Source: Bacteroidetes bacterium UBA6183 (GTDB lineage Bacteria > Bacteroidota > Bacteroidia > UKL13-3). Taken from it: a DNA stretch of 64,000 nucleotides. Below, piece by piece: positions 57,728 to 64,000 of this stretch. Under the pieces are notes generated by a model. The model was not told the DNA's origin. It searched no databases and saw only the letters and a list, made by a program, of their open reading frames with translations. The stretch spans positions 8,299 through 72,298 of the forward strand of contig DITN01000100.1 of assembly GCA_002422865.1 (NCBI GenBank). Reading direction: 5' to 3'. Both the position numbers and the translations under genes were made by a program. Position 1 is the stretch's first letter. The number at the start of each line of letters is the position of its first letter.

Positions 57728-58492
57728 ATGAGCAGGAAAATAGCCTTTATAACAGGGGCATCAGCGGGTATAGGTGCCGCTACGGCAAAATTACTGGCAT
57801 CGCAACAGTATAATTTAATTTTAGCAGCGCGTAGGGTTGATGCATTAAAAGAATTGGCCAATCAACTAAATGCTCAGTTTGGTATCCAGACTTTGGTGGT
57901 TAAGCTTGATGTGAGAAACCGCAAAGAGGTGCAAGAAACCATCGCAGGATTTCCGGCCGAGTGGCAAAAAATAAACGTTTTGGTGAACAATGCCGGTTTG
58001 GCAAGTGGCTTAAGCAGTATTGATGAAGGTGATATAGATGATTGGGATGTAATGATAGATACCAACGTAAAAGGACTGCTTTACGTTACGCGCCATGTAA
58101 TTCCGTTAATGAAAAATAATGAATCGGGACACATCATTAACATTGGCTCTATTGCCGGCAAAGAAGTGTATGCCAATGGCAATGTGTATTGCGCGACCAA
58201 ACATGCAGTTGATGCTTTAAATAAAGCCATGCGTTTGGAGTTGTCTAAATTCCCGATTAAAGTTACGGCCATTCATCCGGGTGCTGTAGAAACCGAGTTT
58301 AGTGTGGTACGTTTTCATGGTGATAAAGATAAGGCAGATAAAGTGTATGAAGGATTTGAAAACCTGGTTGCAGAAGATATTGCAGATGCCATTTGGTTTG
58401 CCATTAGCAGACCGGCACATGTTAATATTAACGAACTCACCATTATGCCAACCGCACAACCTGTGGCAAGTGTTATTCACCGTAAAGTTTAA
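57728..58492 (+). CDS. SDR-family NAD(P)-dependent oxidoreductase
   Basis: 'IAFITGASAGIGAATA' (the TGxxxGxG motif), 'NNAG', and the catalytic 'YCATKHA' (YxxxK). The start is at the internal ATG at 57728. The track start at 57662 adds a non-homologous N-terminus. Confidence 0.85.
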   Translation: MSRKIAFITGASAGIGAATAKLLASQQYNLILAARRVDALKELANQLNAQFGIQTLVVKLDVRNRKEVQETIAGFPAEWQKINVLVNNAGLASGLSSIDEGDIDDWDVMIDTNVKGLLYVTRHVIPLMKNNESGHIINIGSIAGKEVYANGNVYCATKHAVDALNKAMRLELSKFPIKVTAIHPGAVETEFSVVRFHGDKDKADKVYEGFENLVAEDIADAIWFAISRPAHVNINELTIMPTAQPVASVIHRKV

Positions 58493-58496
58493 AATA

Positions 58497-59777
58497 ATGA
58501 TGACAAGGCTAGTTTTGTTTTTGGGTTTAATGATGTTTCAAGCCATCAGGGTTTTGGCACAGCAAGAAATGACAGTTGCATTAACCGAGTATGCACGTGA
58601 TGATAGGTTTGATCGCTTAAATTTAAACTTGGCATTGTTTGATCTAAAAAATGATACCATACTTACTTGGGATTTTGAAGGATTAAGGAAAGCGAAGTCG
58701 GTAATGGTAATTAAGCCCGAAGGATTTAAAGATTATGCTTACGGATATGTTTTTTTTGCAGGTAATCATCAGGGAGATAACCCCGGGTTTATCACGGTTT
58801 TGATAGGTAATCCTTATCATACCAAGCCCACCCTGTTTGCCGACTTAAACAATAACAACAATTTTACCGATGATAATTATTCAATAGCCTTGCCTTGGCG
58901 TGGTGATACTACTGAAGTAGAAATGTGTTTATCGGGAACCCAAACTTGCACCAAAATAAAGTTTACCCGACATTTAATGGAGAGTAAACAAGTGTATAAA
59001 GACTTGATGAATGAGTTTTACCAGCTTACTTATCCTAACAGAAAATTTATTGGCATGGACCACTGTTACAGGTTACAACAGTATCAAGTAAAAGGTGGTA
59101 TAGCACTTGCCGGTGGCGATAGCATAAGGGTTGCTTTGTTTGATGCAAATAATAATGGCTTGTACAATGAACCGGATAGCGATAGGTTTGTATTGGCCAA
59201 TTTAACCGATACTGTTTTTTATCCTTTTGATGATTTGTACAGCAGTACCATCAGCAAAAAAAGCGGACATTGTTTTATTGATAAAAATGGAAAACAATTT
59301 GAGTTTGTAAGTGCTGCACCGAATGGAGAACACGTAACTTTTAAAGTACTTGATCAAACCAATAATAGTGGGCAAATTAAAGTAGGGAAAAAATTACCAC
59401 TATTTAAATATATTACTTGGAAGGGCGAGCGTAAAAAAATAAGAAAACTACGGAAGTACGGGTTGTACATTTATTTTGGAAGTCCACAAGCGGCTAATTT
59501 TACAGCCGATACCGCAGCGTTACGTGTACTTGCTCACGATTACCAGAAAACGTTACGCGTAATAGGGTTTATTGAAGTAAACAAATCGTATGAGTTAAGC
59601 ATATTTGGCCAATACAGTTATTTAAATTGGATACTTGCTTATAAAAACAAAGACTTAAACCGTAAGTTGGGTATTAGAGGTTTACCAAGCAGCATTTATA
59701 CCAAAAAGCGCAGGCGCGTAATCAGATATAACTTAACGCCAAACGAACTTTTACAAGAGTTAAAGTCGAAAAAATAA
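58497..59777 (+). CDS. secreted hypothetical protein
   Basis: Signal peptide 'MMTRLVLFLGLMMFQAIRVLAQQ' at the internal ATGs at 58497 and 58500. The track start at 58302 would overlap the SDR gene. The C-terminal region is weakly thioredoxin-fold-like but has no CxxC. Confidence 0.5.
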   Translation: MMTRLVLFLGLMMFQAIRVLAQQEMTVALTEYARDDRFDRLNLNLALFDLKNDTILTWDFEGLRKAKSVMVIKPEGFKDYAYGYVFFAGNHQGDNPGFITVLIGNPYHTKPTLFADLNNNNNFTDDNYSIALPWRGDTTEVEMCLSGTQTCTKIKFTRHLMESKQVYKDLMNEFYQLTYPNRKFIGMDHCYRLQQYQVKGGIALAGGDSIRVALFDANNNGLYNEPDSDRFVLANLTDTVFYPFDDLYSSTISKKSGHCFIDKNGKQFEFVSAAPNGEHVTFKVLDQTNNSGQIKVGKKLPLFKYITWKGERKKIRKLRKYGLYIYFGSPQAANFTADTAALRVLAHDYQKTLRVIGFIEVNKSYELSIFGQYSYLNWILAYKNKDLNRKLGIRGLPSSIYTKKRRRVIRYNLTPNELLQELKSKK

Positions 59778-59866
59778 AATCGAAACAAGTATCGCTAAAC
59801 TAAGTAAGAAATGATGAACAGCGAAGTTTACACAGAGGAAACCGAATGAACAAAAGGGATGAGTAA

Positions 59867-60880
59867 TTATTTACTGCCCTTTGATTCTGTTTCTCTTTTT
59901 TTATCGGCTTTATTGGCGCGTTTGCTGTTGCCAAACACACTTACCGTAAAGTACCTGCCCGGGTATTTTTGCATATCAGCCAATAATAACGACAGTTCTT
60001 TACTGCTACTGCTTAAGTTTTTGTACAGTGCATCGTTGTTGGCCAATTGTCCTAAAGTACCTTCACCTTTATTTATTTTATCGAGCATGGTGCCCATTTC
60101 TGCAAGTGATTTATTCAGGTTATTAACGGTACTGGTTACATCTGCTGCTGCAATACTATCCGTGATGTTTTTTACATTTTTAATGGTGTGAGAAAGCAAC
60201 TCGTTGTTGTTTCGGAGGTTGCGCATAATGCTTTCGGTGTGCGAAAACATATCATGTATTTTACCTTCTTGTGCTTTGGTTAAGTTGTCTAAACGGCCGG
60301 TAATGTTTTTTACGTGCCCTAATGTGGTTGCCAAATCATCAACCCCTTTAGATAATTTAGCTGTTCCGGTTGAGTCGAATACGTCATTCATGCTCAACAA
60401 AACTTTATCTAAGGTAGCCAATACCTGCTCGCTTTTTTCTTTGATGGGTGATACCAAATTGCTGATGGCTTCTGATAAACCTTCTTCCATGGAAGCATTT
60501 AAAGTATCATTTGGGTTTACAATTTCGGTTGATTGACCTAGTTTTATATTGATGATTTTGGTGCCCAATAAATCACTGCTGGCAATTTCGGCAACAGTTC
60601 CTTTTGGCATGGCAATTTCGCCATCAACCATAATGGTTACTAAAATTTTTCCAGCATTTCCTACTTCCAATAACCTTACATCTTCTACCTGGCCAATTTT
60701 AAATCCGTTAATAAGCACTTGGGTTGATTTAACAACACCTCCTGCATTGGTATACACAATGTAATAACGAGAATATGGTTTAAGGAAGTTAAAACCTTTC
60801 ATAAAGTTAAACCCTATAAAAAGTATAACTATGCCTACAAAGGCGAACAATCCAACTTTGGCGTCTTTAGAAATCTTCAA
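59867..60880 (-). CDS. MlaD/MCE-family protein
   Basis: 337 aa. N-terminal TM helix, then the MCE domain 'YYIVYTNAGGVVKSTQVLINGFKIGQVEDV', then a long helical C-terminal region. Confidence 0.8.
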   Translation of the reverse strand: MKISKDAKVGLFAFVGIVILFIGFNFMKGFNFLKPYSRYYIVYTNAGGVVKSTQVLINGFKIGQVEDVRLLEVGNAGKILVTIMVDGEIAMPKGTVAEIASSDLLGTKIINIKLGQSTEIVNPNDTLNASMEEGLSEAISNLVSPIKEKSEQVLATLDKVLLSMNDVFDSTGTAKLSKGVDDLATTLGHVKNITGRLDNLTKAQEGKIHDMFSHTESIMRNLRNNNELLSHTIKNVKNITDSIAAADVTSTVNNLNKSLAEMGTMLDKINKGEGTLGQLANNDALYKNLSSSSKELSLLLADMQKYPGRYFTVSVFGNSKRANKADKKRETESKGSK

Positions 60881-60946
60881 AATGCTATTTAATATAATTT
60901 GGGCAAAAATAAAGAAACTACTGGCAATACAAGTTTAAAAAAGAAA

Positions 60947-61768
60947 CTAGTTTTCTTTTTCTACCGATGTTTTATACTGTTTCACCGCCTCGGCTATGGC
61001 CGTTGCCAACTCATCCTGACCGCTTTTGCTGGTTAGGTAGGCTCTTTCTTTGGGGTTGCTGATAAAGCCTGTTTCAATAAGTATACTTGGCATTTTACAC
61101 CTCCACAATACCATAAATCCGGCTTGCTTAACGCCTCTGCTGGTGCGTTTTACTCCGGTAAAGTTTTTTTCAACGTTAGCAGCAAGCTTTAAACTTTGCT
61201 CTAAGTAAGCACTTTGTAAAAAGCTAAAATAAATATGGGCTTCAGGTGAGTTAGGGTCGAAACCTTCATATTTTTCTTCGTAATCTTTTTCCAATAAAAT
61301 TACCGCATTCTCACGTCTGGCCACATCTAAGTTGCCTTCACTTTTATGCAAACCCATGCTAAACGTTTCTGTTCCAAATACATCTGTTTTTTTATTGGCG
61401 TTGCAATGTAAGCTTATAAATAAGTCGGCATTTTGTCTGTTGGCTATACCAGCACGCTCGTATAATTCAATAAATTCGTCCTTACTTCTGGTGTATACAA
61501 TTTTAACATCAGGCATGGTGGCTTTAATTTTTTCGCCCAATTTTAAAGCAACGGCCAAAGCAATGTTTTTTTCGTGCACCCCACCATAACTGGCTCCCAC
61601 ATCCTTGCCTCCATGACCCGCATCAATGGTAACAGTTTTAATTTTGGGTTGCTGCATTTGGTCTAATGGAGCATACGCACAAAGCAGTACCAACAACAAT
61701 ACGCAAGATATTGTGAAAGGTAATTTTAATAAGTACTGAGTTTTATATAGTTTTGCGCGCATTGACAT
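60947..61768 (-). CDS. N-acetylmuramoyl-L-alanine amidase (Amidase_3 family)
   Basis: 273 aa. Signal/TM, then 'VTIDAGHGGKDVGA', 'LFISLHCNA' and 'ETGFISNPKE' (Amidase_3 zinc ligands). Confidence 0.85.
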   Translation of the reverse strand: MSMRAKLYKTQYLLKLPFTISCVLLLVLLCAYAPLDQMQQPKIKTVTIDAGHGGKDVGASYGGVHEKNIALAVALKLGEKIKATMPDVKIVYTRSKDEFIELYERAGIANRQNADLFISLHCNANKKTDVFGTETFSMGLHKSEGNLDVARRENAVILLEKDYEEKYEGFDPNSPEAHIYFSFLQSAYLEQSLKLAANVEKNFTGVKRTSRGVKQAGFMVLWRCKMPSILIETGFISNPKERAYLTSKSGQDELATAIAEAVKQYKTSVEKEN

Positions 61769-61839
61769 ACTACAATTTTATAACGTATAATTTGATTAAT
61801 AGCACAATTCGTACATTTTGTTTTACCGTGTTGGTGTTA

Positions 61840-64000
61840 ATGTGTTCAGTTGTTTATGCACAAAAGCCCAAAACGGCTCCTAAAGCAAAGCCTAAACCCA
61901 CTACTCCTGCGGTTATTGCTATGCCTTTGGATAGTGTTGAGTCAAAAGTTATACCAAACACAGATACACTAAGCGGGGAATTTATTGCCGAAGAAGAAAA
62001 AGACACCACCGAATTACGTTTGGCTAAGTCGGCACTAAAAACAAAAGTTAAATACTCGGCTAAAGACAGTATTGTATATAACGCGTTAACGCAAGAGGTT
62101 TTTTTATACGGTAAGGCCAAAGTTATTTATGATGATTTAACCCTTGATGCCGACTTTATTAAAATTGAATTGAGTAAAACCTTGGTTCATGCTACAGGTA
62201 TTGTTGATAGTTTCGGTTATTTGCATGGCACACCTGTTTTTAACCAAGGAGGAACAGAGTATAAAGTGCAACGTGTTTCTTACAACTACAAAAGTAAAAA
62301 GGGATATTTAAGTGAGTTAAGAACCAAAGAAGGTGAGGGGTATGTAAAAGGAACGGATGTTATTCGCTCACCGGATAACGAATTTGGTATCCGTGAATCG
62401 TATTATACCACATGCGATTTGGATACACCACATTTTCATATTCAAGCGGCTCGTTTAAAAATTATTCCCGATAAAAAAATCATTACCGGATCGGCTAATT
62501 TGCGAATAGAGGGCATGCCAACGCCATTGGTTGTTCCATTCGGTATTTTTTCCATAAAAAAAGGACAATCTTCCGGTATCATCATTCCAACTTATGGTAG
62601 CAGCATGAACCGTGGATTCTTTTTACGTGGTGGAGGATATTATTTTGGTTTGGGCGAAAAGGCCGATTACATGGTTACCGGTGATATTTACACACAAGGA
62701 AGTTGGGCGTTAAATAACCTCTTACGTTACAATAGCCGCTATCGTTTTAACGGACAATTTGGGGTTAACTATGCCAATAATAAATTTGGTGCTATTGATG
62801 ACCCAACCTTCTCTCAATCGAAAGATTTCAGGGTAAATTGGATACATAATGTAGACCCCAAGGCACGCCCCGGAACTTATTTTGGTGCCAACGTAAACTT
62901 TGTAAGCGGAAGTTATTTGGCCAACAACTCATATGTTGCGCAAAACGTAATCAGCAATCAGATATTAAGCAGCATAAACTACTCGCGTAGCTTTAGTGGG
63001 GGCAAATACAATTTAACATCAAGTGCCAGTTTATCGCAAAACTTACAAACCAGGCAATTAAATGTAGCCTTGCCTAATATCACGTTTACCGTAAGTAGTT
63101 TCAGTCCGTTTAAAGCAAAATCAAAACCTACTGCCGACAAGTGGTACGAAAACATCACCACCAACTACACCATGAATTTTAGGAATGAAATAAATACCTA
63201 CGATTCGTTGTTGTTTAGCGACAGAAAACGAAGTGAGTTTGCCCGTTTTTATGATACTGCAGGTAGGTACGGGATACAACACGCATTACCGATTCAAACC
63301 TCTTTTAAAATTTTGAAGTATTACACCTTGTCGGCCGGAGTGCAGCTAAACGAAGTGTGGTACATGCAAAGTATAAACAAAACATACAATAGCGGATTGG
63401 TTACCACCGATAGACAATCGGGTTTTGTGCGGGCATTTACTTACCAACCCAGGGTAGGTGTTAATACCCGTATTTATGGTATGAAAACATTTAATGGAAA
63501 CACCATTAAAGCCATCAGGCATGTTGTTTCGCCAACCGTTGATTTTACTTACACACCTGATTTTAGTGATGCTGCTTGGGGGTATTATAAAAGCTATCAA
63601 GATACTTTAGGCAAAATTACCCGATACAGCATTTTTGAACGGGGTATATTTGGTGGTCCGGGACTTGGACGACAAGGTAACGTGGGTTTTGGTATTGACA
63701 ATAATTTAGAACTAAAAGTAATGCGTGGTAAAGACACCGCACGTAAAGAAGAAAAAGTTCAAATTTTCGAGACCTTCCGCATAGGTTCATACTACAACCT
63801 TTTTGCCGACTCCTTAAATCTTGCTCCTATTACCTTAAATGCACGTACCAAGTTGTTTAAAAATGTAACCATAAATGCCAACGCTGTTTTAGATCCATAT
63901 AAAAATGAAATCACAACAGGAACAACCGGTTTTAAAAGTGTAACCCGCACCAAAGATTTTTATTGGAATGAGAACAAACTTGGGGTAATTACCAATGCAA
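61840..64000 (+). CDS. LptD/OstA-like large outer-membrane protein (partial; continues past the window end)
   Basis: The open frame (positions congruent to 1 mod 3) runs from about 61792 to the window edge. It reads '...FCFTVLVLMCSVVYAQKPKTAPKAK...' and then an OstA-like N-terminal region 'EVFLYGKAKVIYDDLTLDADFIKIE'. The ATG is at 61840; an alternative TTG at 61792 gives a more convincing signal peptide. The ORF is missing from the track because it is partial. Confidence 0.55.
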   Translation, partial: MCSVVYAQKPKTAPKAKPKPTTPAVIAMPLDSVESKVIPNTDTLSGEFIAEEEKDTTELRLAKSALKTKVKYSAKDSIVYNALTQEVFLYGKAKVIYDDLTLDADFIKIELSKTLVHATGIVDSFGYLHGTPVFNQGGTEYKVQRVSYNYKSKKGYLSELRTKEGEGYVKGTDVIRSPDNEFGIRESYYTTCDLDTPHFHIQAARLKIIPDKKIITGSANLRIEGMPTPLVVPFGIFSIKKGQSSGIIIPTYGSSMNRGFFLRGGGYYFGLGEKADYMVTGDIYTQGSWALNNLLRYNSRYRFNGQFGVNYANNKFGAIDDPTFSQSKDFRVNWIHNVDPKARPGTYFGANVNFVSGSYLANNSYVAQNVISNQILSSINYSRSFSGGKYNLTSSASLSQNLQTRQLNVALPNITFTVSSFSPFKAKSKPTADKWYENITTNYTMNFRNEINTYDSLLFSDRKRSEFARFYDTAGRYGIQHALPIQTSFKILKYYTLSAGVQLNEVWYMQSINKTYNSGLVTTDRQSGFVRAFTYQPRVGVNTRIYGMKTFNGNTIKAIRHVVSPTVDFTYTPDFSDAAWGYYKSYQDTLGKITRYSIFERGIFGGPGLGRQGNVGFGIDNNLELKVMRGKDTARKEEKVQIFETFRIGSYYNLFADSLNLAPITLNARTKLFKNVTINANAVLDPYKNEITTGTTGFKSVTRTKDFYWNENKLGVITNA

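Noticed and set aside
61854-62120. 88-aa minus-strand ORF
   Set aside because: It lies entirely within and antisense to the much longer plus-strand LptD/OstA-like reading frame (open from about 61792 to the window end), which has clear homology features.
1-64000. tRNA/rRNA genes or mobile-element boundaries
   Set aside because: All intergenic gaps were scanned by eye for T-loop or cloverleaf signatures. None were found. Hits like 'ggttcgag' near 39890 lie inside a CDS. No integrase, transposase or IS terminal inverted repeats were seen.

Overview
This looks like a chromosomal segment from a low-GC (about 38%) member of the Bacteroidota, probably a gliding flavobacterial or sphingobacterial lineage. 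Evidence is the PorP/SprF 'QDPQFSQFY' N-termini, type IX secretion system (T9SS) C-terminal sorting domains, candidate sigma-A -7 boxes of the TAnnTTTG form upstream of porV and queD (only those two were checked), and mostly missing Shine-Dalgarno sequences. Coding density is high and most genes are housekeeping: ileS, lspA, murF, ispF, nadC, gpmI, a split transketolase, folE/queD, recO, rnz, msrB, pepP and others. Interleaved with these is a dense set of T9SS and gliding-motility components: a GldJ-like lipoprotein, two tandem PorP/SprF paralogs, PorU, PorV, a PorZ-like double-propeller protein, and at least four other proteins that carry T9SS sorting domains. I found no tRNA or rRNA genes, no CRISPR array, and no integrase, transposase or recognisable defence-system genes. 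I do not see a discrete novel multi-gene system. The most unusual items are: (i) a 1523-aa in-frame fusion of an oligopeptidase-B S9 protease to a CarbopepD_reg/DUF5686 outer-membrane-type module; (ii) a DksA/TraR-family gene between ileS and lspA that carries an N-terminal histone-H1-like extension of about 12 near-identical 42-nt (14-aa) tandem repeats; (iii) a GC-rich, hairpin-dense noncoding stretch of about 560 bp at 456-1040 that may encode a structured RNA; and (iv) a VWA-domain gene sitting between the two transketolase subunit genes. All functional calls rest on motif recognition from the translated ORFs. No database searches were run.
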